From: Lama glama | Taxonomy: Eukaryota | DNA: 64,000 nt | Direction of reading: 5' to 3' | Assembly: GCA_028534125.1 (NCBI GenBank) | Contig: CM052817.1 | Coordinates: forward strand, 35,776,001 to 35,840,000 | Shown: piece by piece, positions 13,256 through 26,426 of the stretch | Position numbering within the stretch: position 1 is the first letter of the stretch | Layout of the letters: each line of letters opens with the position of its first letter | The notes under the pieces: model-generated | What the model was told of the DNA's origin: nothing | Database searches by the model: none | Seen by the model: only the letters and a program-made list of their open reading frames with translations | Made by a program: the position numbers and the translations under genes

Positions 13256-15329
13256 ATGTTTTCTTTATCCAATCAGCTGTTGATGAATACTTGGGTTGCT
13301 TCCATATCTTCACTATTGTAACTAGTACTGCTGTGAACATTGGGGTACATGTATCTTTTTGAATTCGTGTTTTTGTTTTTTAGAGATATATACCCAGGGT
13401 GGAATTGCAGGATCATGTGGTAGCTCTATTTTAGTTTTCTGAGGAACCTCCGTTCTGTCTTCCTATGATTGCTGCATCAATTTACATTCCCACCAATAGT
13501 GCACAAGAGTTCCCTTTTCTCCACATCTTCACCAACATTTGTTTTTTGTGGACTTTTTGATGATGCAGACTTTCTGACATGAGGTGATGCCTCATTGTGG
13601 GTTTTTTTTGCATTTCTCTGATAATTAGTGATATTGAACACCTTTTCACGTGCCTCTTAGTCATCTATATGTCTCCTTTGGAAAAATATCTTTTGAGGTC
13701 TTCTGTCTATTTTTTCATTGGATTGTTTGGTTTTTTTGATGTTGAATTGTATGAGCTGTTTATGCAATTTGCATATTAACCTCTTATGGGTGACATCATT
13801 GGCAAATATTTTGTCCCATTCTATAGGTTGTCTTTTTGTTTTGTTGATAGTTTCCTTTGTTGTGCAAAAACTTTAAAGTTTAATTAGGTCCCATTTGTTT
13901 ATTTTTGCTTTTATTTATTTAGCCTTGGAAAGACCGAACCAAAAATAAATTACTATGATTTATGCTAAAGAGTGTTCTGCTTCTGTTCTTCTTTAGGAGT
14001 TTTATAGTTTCTGCTCTTACATTTAGATCTTTAGTCCATTTTGAGTTTATCTTTGTATATAGTGTGAGAAAATGTTCTAATTTCATTGTTTTACGTATAG
14101 CTGTCCAGTTTACCCAACACCATTTATTGAAGAGCCTGTCTTTCCTCTGTGGTATATTCTTGCCTCCTTTGTCATAGATTAATTGACCATAGGTATGTGG
14201 GTTTATTTCTGGACTCTTTATTCTGTTCCATTGATCTATGTGTCTGTTTTTATGCCAGCAATATGCTGTTCAGATTTCTGTAGCTTTGTAGTATAGGCTG
14301 ACATCTGAGAGCATGGTACCTCCATCTTCTTTCTTTTTTCTCAAGATTGCTTTGGCAATTCAGTCTTTTGTGGTTCCACGTGAGTTTTAAGATTATTTGT
14401 TCTAGTTCTGTGAAAAATATGGATATTTTGAAAAGGATTGCATGACATTTCTAGATTTCTCTGAGTTGTGTGGACATTTTAACAATACTAATTTTTCCAA
14501 TCTAAGAGCACAGGAAATCTTTCCATTTCTTTGTATCATACTCAATTTCCTTCATCAGTGTTTTATAGTTTTCAGAGTATAGGTCTTTTACCTCCTTGGT
14601 TAAGTTCATTCCTAGGTATTTTATTATTTTTTATGTGACTTTAAACAGGATTTTCTTTTTTACTTTCTCTCTGATAGTTCATTAATAGTGTATAGAAAAG
14701 TTACAGACTCTGCATATTAATCTTGTATCATGCAACTTTGCTGAATTTATTGATTAGTTCTAATAGTTTTGGGTGGAGACTTTAGGGTTTCCTAAAAAAA
14801 GTATCATGTCATCTGCAAAGGGTAACAGTTTTACTTCTCCCCTTCCAATTTATCCAAATTTTATTTTTTTATTATTATTACTTTTATTTCATTTTCTTTC
14901 TAATTGCTGTGACTAGGACTGCCAATACTGTGTTAAATTGAAGTTGCAAAAGTGGGCATCCTTGTCTTGTTCCTGAATTTAAAGGAAAGACTTTTAGCTT
15001 TTCGATGTGGAGTGTGACATTAGTTGTGGGCTTATTATGTACAGCCTTTACTATGTTGAGTTATGTTCCCTCTGTACCCACTTTGACGATAGCTTTTATC
15101 ATGAATGAATGTTGAATTTTATCAAATGCTTTTTCTGTGTCTATTAAAGTGCTCATGGGACTTTTTTCTCTTCCTTTTGTTAATGTGGTATATCATGTGG
15201 TATATCACACTGGTTGATTTACAAATATTGAACTATCCTTGCATCCCTGGAATGAATCCATCTTGATTATGGTGTATGATCTTTTTCATATATTGTTGGA
15301 TTCAGTTTGCTAATAATTTTGTTCAGGAT
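12731..15329 (-). mobile_element. Artiodactyl L1, 5'-truncated (~2.6 kb), degraded ORF2
   Basis: Poly-T then attgaaatatagttgatttaca. ORF2 remnants (MFTAVLVTIVKIWKQPKY..). TSD at 12717-12730 and 15330-15343. Confidence 0.92.
13176..13253. repeat. Compound microsatellite (TA)14(CA)25 inside L1
   Basis: Read directly from the sequence. Confidence 0.97.
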
Positions 15330-17069
15330 TCCTGCTTGACTTTCAAGGCAGTTTTGCTGTCATGTACACTCGGAATCCCTAGGGGGCAACCACTCACTCA
15401 GTTGCACCAACAGTGTGCTCCCCTGATGCCTGTGCCTCACTCTTTAAAGGGGCTCGCTACCTTGTATTCCAATCATCCCTCTATGTTTCTGCCTCCCCCA
15501 CTAGAGAGGAACTTCCAAAGGTGGGGACTGATATACTTATCATGTTATTCTCAGTGCCTGAGACATAGCAAAAGCTCAATAAATCTTTGATGAATGAATT
15601 AATGAGTTAATATACATGTTTTAATGTCACATATATAAATACATATAAATAACATTATTTCCACCTTTCATGCCTGATACTTTACTATTTCTCTTTCCCC
15701 TTCACTCCTCATTAAACTTGGAGCTGTTCATAGAGTCCACCTTGTGTGTACCATGATCTGTGTGGCTATTTATACTGTTTCTGATGCTTTTTTCTTCCCA
15801 GCATTGCAGCAAATCTCCAATGGTTCCAAGGAAGCCTTCCTTGATTGCACATATTGGAATGAGTCTTTCTCCTCTTGAGTTACTGTTGAAATCTGGCACT
15901 GAAATTGCCTCTCTCCCCAGCAGATGCCAGCCTCTATAGGCAGGGATAGAGTCTTGCTCATTTTTGTGTTTCTCTAGTACCTAACACAAGCCTAGCATTA
16001 GTATATGTTAAATAATTTGGGATAACTGAAAAAAAAAAGTCGTGTATTTCATGTGTAATACTTCAGACCCTTTATTTAGCTGTGTAAGAGCTGAGTGAGT
16101 ACAAAAAAATTATCACTGTGAAGGCCCTGCTTTAATCTCATCTCACAACCTTCAATTAAGCAAGCAGTTTTACAAGCGCAACACTAAGGCTTGGCGAGCT
16201 TTGTCAATCTTAGTGACAGGTGGCCTTCTTAGGCCTGAACAGATGTGGATGATGTTCTTATCACTTTCAGAAAAAAATGGCCTCCATTACCATCTGAGGG
16301 TCATATAATTGCATGTATGGCAAATAATCAGATTAATGCATTCTTTAAAGTAAACAAGTCCAGCTTGTTATATCTTTATTAGGCAAATTTTTACAGATTG
16401 GTGAGGTCTTTGACGTAAATTCATAATTCCCATGATAGCTAAGTGGGAATAGCTCACTAAGCCACTTCAGGCTACGAAGAGGTCATTTTTTAATGAATAA
16501 AGTGCTGACACTTCTGACAAGTAATTTCTCAGGCTAACGTCCTACACGCTTTGGATTGATCCTCTCTTAATGAACTCTTATAAGCCTGTGGGTTTATCCC
16601 AATAAAGGATGCACAGTACTGAAACAAGACAGAGATCGCAAATGCTCAACAGTCAGGCTGACAAGGCATGATGTAAACTTTCCTGGCTGCTGTTTATTTT
16701 ATTTAAAAAGGATATTTCTATTACCTAAATATTCATATGCTATTTATTTTTGTTACAAACTGCAGGTCAAAGCAGGAAAAAGAAATGCAGAGCAAACAAT
16801 TCATGGTTTGAGACAGCATGGACATAAGTCTCATCATTGGTAGTAAATAAAATTAACTTCAGTAATGGAAGCAGCTCTTCTTTTATGTCAATTTGTTGGT
16901 GATACATTGCACATTGTTGGTCTAATTTGAGATCTTATTTTTCCCGTTAACTTACATCCAGTCTACTTGATAATTTATAACATTTCATTTGAAGGAAATA
17001 AAATCACACTTCTTCTGAAGCGTGTTAACATTCACCCATGTTAACTGCACATGTTTCTTTTTCCTCCTT

Positions 17070-18960
17070 GCCAGGGCAATGCAGGATACTGGGGCTGCCA
17101 GGTAGGCACCCTCTCTGTACTCTCTCAGAGCTTACCATCTAAAAAAGAAACAACAAAGGAAAACACCCCCAATGATTGACAGCACAGCAATGCATTATTA
17201 TAGAGACATGCACAGATGCAGTGAGAGAGCAGAGGGGAGGTGTCTAAATCAGGGGTTGGGAAAGGCTTAGGAGTGGGAAAGTTCCAAGAAGGCTTCCCAG
17301 AAGAGGAGATGCTGAGCTGAATTGAGGTTGACATGGGAATAAAGGGTTAGAAGCAAGTACGAGTTTCCTAGATCTGTCGTAACAAAATACCACAAACTGG
17401 GTGGCTTAAAACCACAGGACCTATTCTCTCCCTGCTCTGTAAGCTAGAGCCCGAGATCAAGGTGTCAGCAGGGTTGGTTCCCTTCAGTGGTTCTGAGGGA
17501 CAGTCTGTTCCATGGCCCTCTCCTAGCTTCTGGCGTTTGCCAACAATCCTTGGTGTGTAAACACATCCCTCCAATCTCTGCTCCTGTCTCCTCATGGGAC
17601 CTTCTCCCTTGTATTTGTGTCTGTGTCCATATTTCCTGCCTCTTATGACACCAGTCATGTTGGATTTAGGGCCTATCCTAACCCAGTATGACCTCATCCT
17701 AACTTGAGTATATTTGTGAAGAACCTAGTTGTGGGTTAAGCTCACATTCGCAGGTTCTGGTTGGACCTGAATTTTAGGGGACAGTAATCAACCAATACAG
17801 AGGGCATTCAAGAAACAGGAAGCAGCATGGATGAAGCCACGGGGAGACCTTGCTGTCTATGAGCAACCATGGATGCTTGTTAATGGTTGGACTGAAAGGC
17901 TCTGGGGATCTTAACAAGTTATGAGGCTTAAGAAGTAATAGGAGGCCCATCACAGAGTCTTGTGTGCCAAGTTCAGGAATTTGAATTTCCTCATGAAATG
18001 TGTGGGTGTCATAGGATTTTAATTCTGGAAGTTACATGATCATATTTGCGTTTTCGAAAAATCTCTCTGGCAACAGTGTGGAGAATTGTAGGTACAGATT
18101 GGAAGCAGAGAGATTATATAGGAAGTCCCTGAAATAATTCTGGCAAGAAATGATACGCGCCTACAATACATCAGCAGTAGGGAGACTAGAGAGGAGGTGG
18201 TCGATAGAGGAGATCTTTTTGAAAGAAGGATCTACAAGACGTGGTGGCTAGTTAGGTGTGAGGAACGAGAAGAGAGACAAGGATGGCTTTGAAGTTTCTG
18301 GCTTACGTGAGGAGATGGAGGTGACGTTTGCTGAGATAATTAAGAAGGAGGAACATGCTTAGAGATAAAGGTGGATGAGTTTTTGGACCTATCTAATTCG
18401 AGGTATCCATAACACTTCTAAGTGGAGAGCTGCTATTCAGGAGATGGATAGATAGTTCTGCCTCGAGATTTGAGATTCATGAGCATCTAAGTAATTGTGT
18501 CCCCCAAGTGGAGTGTGTAAAGTGAGAAGAGCAGAAGGTCTGGAAAGTGACAACATTTAGGAAATTAACTGAGGGAAAAAGAACCAAAGAATGCACTAAG
18601 GAGACTTCTGTAGAGGAAGGAGGAAAACCCAGTGAGTGTATCACAGATAAGAGAATTTTCAGAAGGAAGGAGTGCTCAGAAAGGCAGCTGCTTTGGAGAA
18701 GGAAGCAAAGATAAGAAGAGAAAAGTGTTTTGGCAAAATCCAGTCAATTGGTGGCTTTAGCAAGGGCAGTTCCAGTGGAATGACAGGAATGACAGAGGAA
18801 GAGACAAGATGACAGTAGATTTGGGAGTGGCCGTGCAGGAAGGGAGGCACTTAGGGATTGGAGACTGTCTTTTCAAGAAGTTGGATTGTGAGGAAATCAG
18901 AGATCTATTACAATCAATAGCTACGTGGGGTAAGGGAAGTGTTTTTCCCTGATGATGGAG
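17070..18960 (-). mobile_element. Long degraded L2, interrupted by an MLT1 LTR
   Basis: gaaggcttcccagaagaggagatgctgagctgaa; gacatgatcatatttgcgtttt-like motif; tggctttagcaagggcagttccagtggaatg. Confidence 0.65.
17357..17799 (-). mobile_element. MaLR solo LTR (MLT1B/C-like)
   Basis: gagtttcctag..taacaaaataccacaaactgggtggcttaaaa...gagatcaaggtgtcagcagggttggttcc...ggggacagtaatcaaccaataca. Confidence 0.85.
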
Positions 18961-19520
18961 ATTTGAGCATGCTGTGGTCCAACTCAAGTAGGAAAATGTG
19001 AGTTCTACAGCCTGGCCTTGGGGCAGAGGTGGAAGCTACAAAAAGTGTAGGGACATCTCTTCCAGATAAAAGTGCCTATGAGGACATGTTCTTCAGGCAA
19101 TTGAAGGGTTTCTCATACGGTTGCCATTGGGAACAGCTTGTTAGTATGAGTAAAAATCTTTCCTTCATGCTCCACGGAATGGACAGTTTTTGCTGGCTAC
19201 CTTTCCCAAATCTAGTCCCTTTCCTTTAAAACAATACTCCCATTTCCTCTTGGGGAACTGATTCTTCCTCTATGTGTACAACCTCAGTAGACCCATCAGA
19301 CAAGGTGTCCTGTCCTCTCATAGGCAAGGGCCAATTGAGCCACTCTCCTAGGGCTTTGAATCTGGAGCCTTTGACTGATACAAGGGTTTGGGGGGTGGGC
19401 AGGGGGTGGTTAGAGATAATATATCCCAGTGACAGTTGTTTACCGTGCCCTGGTTGCTGCCCTCTTCTAAACCTGCTTCTGTAGCCTTTCCTTCAATTCT
19501 GTGACTACCCCATATCCTTG

Positions 19521-19748
19521 GATAGGCTGGAGTGCCAAAGACTCTGGGCTGCATGGCTTGGGGTCAAATCCAGGTTTGGCCACATCCTAACTGGGTGATC
19601 TGGAGCAAGTTACTGCTTCACTTCTCTGTGCCTTGATTTCCACATTTGTGGGATGAGTAATGGTGCCTACCTACAGGGTTCAATAGGAATGAATGGATTT
19701 AATGCTTAAAATGGTGCCTACTCAAAGTAAGTGCTACAGGTGTTTATT
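19521..19748 (+). mobile_element. MIR SINE
   Basis: gggtcaaatccagg...ctgggtgatctggagcaagttac..cttctctgtgccttgatttcc. Confidence 0.75.
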
Positions 19749-19769
19749 CCAATAAACTCCCCTTCTCTG

Positions 19770-20563
19770 CCTGCTTTTTTAAAAAATTTCTTATATAAAC
19801 ATTTTTTATTGAGTTATAGTCATTTTACAATTTTGTGTCAAATTCCAGCGTAGAGCACAATTTTTCAGTTATACATGAACATACATACATTCATTGTCAC
19901 ATTCTCTTTCCCTGTGAGCCACCACAAGATCCTGTATATATTTCCCTGTGCTACATAATGCAATCTTGTTTATCTATTTTACATTTTGAAATCCCAGTCT
20001 CTTCCCACCTCCTGTCCCCCTGGCAACCACAAGTTTGTATTCTATGTAATCATATGTCTATGATTCTGTTTCTGTTTTGTATTTTTTTTGTATTTTGTTT
20101 GTTTGTTTGTTTGTTTTAGATTCCACATACAAGTGGTCTCATAAGGTATTTTTCTTTCTCTTTCTAGCGTACTTCACTTAGAATGACATTCTCCAGAAGT
20201 ATCCATGTTGCTGTGAATGGTGTTATGTTGTCAGGTTTTAAGGCTGAATAGTATTCCATTGTATAAATATACCAGCTCTTCTTTATCCAGTCATCTGTTG
20301 ATGGACATTTAGGCTGTTTCCATGTCTTGGCTATTGTAAACACTGCTGCTATGAACATTGGGGTGCAGGTGTCATTTTGAAGGAGGGTTCCTTCTGGATA
20401 TATGCCCAGGAGCGGGATTCCTGGGTCATATGGTAAGTCTATTCCTAGTCTTTTGAGGAATCTCCATTCTGTTTTCCACAATGGCTGCACCGAACTGCAT
20501 TCCCACCAGCAGTGTAGAAGGGTTCCCTTTTCTCCACAGCCTCTCCAGCATTTCTCATTTGTG
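19770..20563 (-). mobile_element. Young camelid L1, 5'-truncated (~0.8 kb)
   Basis: Open ORF2 C-terminal frame ([19 protein letters not shown]...[13 protein letters not shown]). 17-bp TSD taaactccccYtctctg at 19753-19769 and 20564-20580. Confidence 0.92.
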
Positions 20564-22635
20564 TAAACTCCCCCTCTCTGTAAGTTAGCTAGAATCATTT
20601 GTTGTTATGTGCCACCAAAGAATCCTAATGGATACCTCCTTCATTCCAAATGAGTAACATTTTATTATACTGAACCTGAAAGTCTAGATGTAATTAATAC
20701 TTTCATAGGGACTGACCATTTATAATGGTTTGGAGAGAGAAGGAGAATTTGAATATGCTAGGATAGTTGTGGCAAATGGATGAAAGCTCTCATTCAAGTA
20801 TCAAATAAAGGAGCGTAACAAGAGACATTAATGGCATGTTTGTACAGAATTTCAGAGAACTAAAATGCGGGAGAATTTTTTAAAAAACATTTTGAAATGT
20901 GATAACTCTACATTGGCTGTTGATAGAAATGAGGTGGGTATGATAATTCTTTTCTTTCTAAGTTCACAATACAGTGGAAAATGCAGTGACCCAAGAATCA
21001 GATTTGGAGGCTATGTCACTTATGTCCCCTCTAAGAAGGTAATGTTTCTCACTGAGTCTCAATTTCCTCATACACAAAATGCTCACTGCTGTCTGACATT
21101 GAGTTCTGGGGTAGTTTGCTACATAACAATATTGCAGCAAGAAACAACTGGTAAGATGGGTTATAAATATATATGGGATTAGATGAGATCCCCTTTTAAG
21201 GATACAAAGGGGATAGTGAAAAAGGCTGAGGAATAAATCTAACAAACTCTGGCATTTAGAGCTAAGGAAGTAAAGCTACTCAAGCTGGACTGGACAGAAA
21301 GACAGAAGAAAATGAATAGACTGTGGGTCATGGAGGCCGAGAGAGGCATATATTTCAAAGAAGAAACATTCATGTGTTGAATGTGACTAAGAGGTCAACT
21401 CAGATGAAGGCAGAAAGTCTTTGGGATTCATCCACATCAAGGTCATGGTGATTATAGCATGAGGCTGGGTGGAATGCAGTGATGAAGGCTGCATGAGCTT
21501 TATGAGTCAAATAATGAGCAGCTAGTGACAAGACAATACATCCCTCAGACACCCAAGGGCAAAGGATGGAAAAAAAGGAGTTTGGAATGACTAAGGCCAG
21601 GCAGGCGGTCAGCACTGTGGACTAACTCTCCAAGTTCCCAGGACAAAAGGGGCAAGTCAAGTTGTAGATCTGACAAGTGGAGAGATAATGGACAGTCAGC
21701 CATGCAGAGCAACATCTGGGTCAGCACAAGAAAGCACAGTAGTTTGAAGTAGGAAAAAGTTCTGCCTGTGTCCCTGGGGCTCCTGGTCCCTCCCCTGGCA
21801 TGCCCCAGTTTGTGGACTGCCCCTTGGGGATGGATGTTCTGCTCTTGCAGGTCTCTCATGCCTTCTCCTGGGATCATCTTGCCTCCCACCTAGACATAAG
21901 CCCCACAAGGAAAGAATCTACCACTTTTCCCGAGAGGTTAGCCCACAAACAGAGGGAACACTTTTGAGAACTCAGCTGTGGCCCCAAAAGCCACTGTGAT
22001 GGTGAACGGACTCTTCTGAGGTCATGACACCCCCCCCCCACTTTAATGGTTCTAGGAGAAAATTTTGTTTGGGCTAAAGGCCCCTGCCAAAATGTTTAAG
22101 GAGCTCTTGTATCAGGATGAACTGTTGAAAAGGAAAAAAAAAAAAAGACATTAAAAATTGTTAAAATTTAGATCTTTCCAAACAAGCATATTTGACACAT
22201 ATTCTTATAAGCTATCATTTCATGTATATTTCCTCCCTCCCCTCACCATGGGAATATTAATTATGAGTTCAGACTAAAGCTGCTGGATTCTTGGCAGGCA
22301 GAGCATCACCCAGCCGTATATCCACTCTACAAATGAGAGGTGAAGATCTGATACCATGGCCTTTGAATTCCCATCATGGGGGTGATAGGGAAGAGGCTGG
22401 GAAACAGTGCCAGTATGCTGGACAATAATAATAATCCAAAACTATTTTTTCCCCTGTTTCTTTACAGATTGCAGTGCACTCGCCTTATCTTCTAATACGT
22501 TTGTGTTTCTTCTCTTTTTACTTTTGGAGGCTTTGGGGTGAGTGAGGGGAGGATATACTTCTCTTGTGTAACAACAGATTACCTGTTGTTTCTATAGAGA
22601 AATATAAGAGCAATGTCTGATTTTTCAAAAGAAAC

Positions 22636-25310
22636 TAACCATCATTTATGTTAGCATCCCCCAAGTGAAATATTTAGGTATAAATCTATCTAACAAAATA
22701 CATACAAGTTCTGTGAGGAAATCTACAAGACTCTGGTAAATGAAATCAAAGAAATAAATAAATGGAGAGATACTCCATGTTCATGGATAGGAAGACTCAG
22801 TAATCCTCAGTAATAGCAAAATATCAGTTCTTCCCAACTTGATCTATAAATTTAATGCAATACCAATTAAAATCCCAGCAAGTTTATTTGTGATCTTGAC
22901 AAACTGATTCTATAGTTTATTTGGACAGGCAAAAGTCCTAGAATAGCCAACATAATATTAAAGGAGAACAAAGTTGAAGGACTAATGCTACCAAACTTCA
23001 AGGCTTACTATAAAGCTATAGTAGTCAAGACAGTCTGATATTGGTGAAGAATAGACAATTAGATCAATGGAACATTGATGTGTCATCAGAGTCCAGAAGT
23101 AGGCCCACATAAATATAGTCAAGTGATCATCAACAAAAGAGCAAAGGCAATGCAATGGAGCAAAGATAGTCTTTTTCAACAAATGGTGCTGGAACAACTA
23201 GACATACACATGCAAAAATATGAATCTAGACACAGCACTTACACCCTTCACAAAAATTAATTCAAGATGGATCATAGACCTAAATGTAAAATGCAAAACT
23301 ATAAAACTTCTAGAAGATCACATAGAAGAAAACCAAGATGACCTTTAGATACAACCCCAAAGGCATAATCCATGAAAGAAAGAATTGATAAGCTGGATTT
23401 CATCAAAATAAAAAACTTTTCTGCTCTATGAAAAACAACATCAAGAGAATAAGAAGACCAACTACAAAATGGGAGAAAATATTTTCAAAAGACACACCTA
23501 AAAAAGGAGTTATTCAAAACATAAAAAAAAACTCTTAAAACTCAGCAAGAAAACAACCTGATTAAAAAATGGCCAAAAGGAAACTCTCCTACACTGTTGA
23601 TGGGAGTGCAAATCGGTACAGCCACAATGGAGAACATTATGGAGGTTCCTAAAAAAACTAAAAATAAAGTTACTATATGATCCAGCAATCCCACTCCTGG
23701 GCATATATCTGGAGAAAACTCTAATTCATAAAGATACATGCACCCCAGTGTTCATAGCATAGACTTATTTACAATAGCCAAGGTATGGAAGCAACCTAAA
23801 TGTCCATTGACAGATGAATGGATAAAGAAGATGTTGAATATATACACACAATGGAATACTACTGAGCCATAAAAAAGAATGAGATAATGCTATTTGCAGT
23901 AACATGGATGGACCTACTAACTAAAGTTAAGTCAGAAAGAAAAAGACAAATATCATATAGTATCACTTATATGTGGAATCTAAAATGTGATACAAATGAA
24001 TATATTTATAAAACAGAAAGAGACTCACAGACATAAAAAGCAAACTTTTGGTTACCAAAGGGGAAGGGGAGTGGGGACGTATAAATTGGGAGTCTGGAAT
24101 TTGTAGATACTACCTACTATATATAAAATAGATAAACAACAAGGTTTGACTGTATAGCACAGGAAACTATATTCAATACCTTGTAATGACCTGTAATGGA
24201 AAAGAATATGAAAAAGAATATACATATGTTTATAACTGAGTCAATATGCTGTACACCAGAAACTAACACAGCATTGTAAGTCGACTGTACTTCAATTAAA
24301 AAAATAAATAAAATTTTAAAAAATGGCCAAAAATCTTAACAGACACTTCACCAAAGAAGATATACAGATGGCAGATAAGTATATGAGAAGATGCTCCACA
24401 TCATATGTTATCAGAAAAATGCAAATTAAAATAACAACAAGATACCACAACACACCAGTTAGAATGACCAAAATCCAAAATAATAACACCAAATGCTAAT
24501 GAGGATGTGGAGCAACAGAAACGCTCATTCATTGCTGGTGGGAATGCAAAATAGTACAAATACTTTGGAAGATAGTTTGGCAATTTCTTATGAAACTAAG
24601 CATAATCTTAACGTATAATCCAGCAGTTGTACTCCTTGGTATTTACCCAAATAAATTGAAAACTTATATGCATACAAAAACCTGTACATGGATGTTTGTA
24701 GCAGCTTTATTCACAATTACCAAAACCTGGAAGCAGCCAAGATGTCTTTCAGTAGATGATTGCATAGCTAAGCTATGGTATATCCAGACAATGGAATATT
24801 ATTTAGTGCTAAGAAGAAATGAAATGACATGGAAGAACCTTAAATGAATATTACTAAATAAAAGAAGCCAGTCTGATAAGGCTACATACTGTATAATTCC
24901 AACCATATGACATTCTGGGAAAGACAGAACTATGGAGACAGTAAAAAGATCAGTATTTTCCAGGGGTTAAAAGGGCAGGGAGAGAAGGAATGATTAGGTG
25001 GAGCTCAGAGTGAAATAGGACACAAAATACTCTGAATGGTACCTAATGATGGATACATTGTCATTATACGTTTGTCCAAACCCATAGAATGTACAACACC
25101 AAGAATGAACCCTAATGTAAATATGGACATTGGGTGATAATGATGTGTTCCTGTAGGTTCATCTTTTATAACAAATGTACCATTCTGGCGGGGGATGTGG
25201 ATAGTGGGGGAGGCTGTGCATGTCTAGGGACAGGGAGATATGAAAAATCTGTATATCTTCCTATCACTTTTGCTGTAAATGTTAAACTGCTTTTAAAAAT
25301 AAAGGCTTAA
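22636..25310 (+). mobile_element. Old L1 (L1MC1/L1MB-like) ORF2 remnant and 3' UTR
   Basis: catgttcatggataggaagactca; 3' UTR tcattatacgtttgtccaaacccatagaatgtacaacaccaagaatgaaccctaatgtaa. Confidence 0.88.
23579..24317 (+). mobile_element. Artiodactyl L1 3' end nested in the older L1
   Basis: 3' UTR ataaattgggagtctggaatttgtagatactacctactatatataaaatagataaacaacaagg. Perfect 15-bp TSD aaaaaatggccaaaa at 23564-23578 and 24318-24332. Confidence 0.92.
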
Positions 25311-25600
25311 TTTAGAATAAAGACTAATAGTGCTTCTGGAGTGAGATTAGGAATTTTTTAAAGCTTCTTTAAATTTTTTGTATTCTAAAACTTAGAATAT
25401 TGTATATTGTATTGTTGATGTCTGAGTTAATCATATTTCTCAACTCAGTTGATGAGCATTAGTCTGTAAAGGACCCCATCTTCTTTAGTTAATTAAGTAA
25501 TTAATTAACTTCTCTTTATCTTTCTACCCCAGTTCTTTCCTTCTTCTCATGGGCCACCATGGCCCTCATTCCATTTTTATATCTTCTTATAGAAAGGATA

Positions 25601-26100
25601 NNNNNNNNNNNNNNNNNNNNNNNNNNNNNNNNNNNNNNNNNNNNNNNNNNNNNNNNNNNNNNNNNNNNNNNNNNNNNNNNNNNNNNNNNNNNNNNNNNNN
25701 NNNNNNNNNNNNNNNNNNNNNNNNNNNNNNNNNNNNNNNNNNNNNNNNNNNNNNNNNNNNNNNNNNNNNNNNNNNNNNNNNNNNNNNNNNNNNNNNNNNN
25801 NNNNNNNNNNNNNNNNNNNNNNNNNNNNNNNNNNNNNNNNNNNNNNNNNNNNNNNNNNNNNNNNNNNNNNNNNNNNNNNNNNNNNNNNNNNNNNNNNNNN
25901 NNNNNNNNNNNNNNNNNNNNNNNNNNNNNNNNNNNNNNNNNNNNNNNNNNNNNNNNNNNNNNNNNNNNNNNNNNNNNNNNNNNNNNNNNNNNNNNNNNNN
26001 NNNNNNNNNNNNNNNNNNNNNNNNNNNNNNNNNNNNNNNNNNNNNNNNNNNNNNNNNNNNNNNNNNNNNNNNNNNNNNNNNNNNNNNNNNNNNNNNNNNN
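25601..26100. other. Assembly gap (exactly 500 N)
   Basis: Run of N of fixed length, i.e. a scaffolding placeholder. Confidence 0.99.
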
Positions 26101-26426
26101 GCTGAAAACAGGTGGTGGCAGCATGGCAAGGGGGCCTGTGATCCCTGTCTATACAAATCAGCCTCCAAGTGCACCAAGCAGGATGAGCAAGGTGAAGAAT
26201 GGACAGAGAATAGCCGACGGGAGACAGATACAACCATACACATCCATGTTCCCTTCAATATTAAAACGACTCACGTACTTACCCATTAAAACTACCGCCA
26301 GGTGTTTCAGGAAAATTGGCACTTTAGCGTGGAAGGGTTCGTGCACCCTGGTTTGGGTAGCACAGAAATAAATAAGTCCTTGACTGCACAGTGGATCTTT
26401 GGCAACTTCAAATCCCAAACTGAGGG

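Larger units (their letters stand above)
12250..15610 (+). mobile_element. L2 remnant split by the L1 at 12731-15329
   Basis: L2-like pyrimidine-rich body and 3' terminus cagtgcctgagacatagcaaaagctcaataaatctttgatgaatgaat. Confidence 0.6.
19165..20635 (+). mobile_element. Old MaLR LTR (MLT1K/L-like) split by a MIR and an L1
   Basis: Rejoined pieces read tgtgactaccccatatcctt|ccaataaactcccc..tctctg|taagttagctaga...caccaaagaatcctaatggatac, an MLT1 3' end. Confidence 0.6.

Noticed and set aside
20164..20598. 144-aa ORF with a Cys-rich motif
   Set aside because: C-terminal part of L1 ORF2 in a 5'-truncated insertion; the start codon lies in flanking DNA. Not a gene.
21608..21630. REST/RE1-like motif (also near 63073-63095)
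   Set aside because: Several mismatches in essential half-site positions.
25516..26371. Long ORFs spanning the first gap (likewise 46164-46806 at the second)
   Set aside because: Artefacts of translating N runs.
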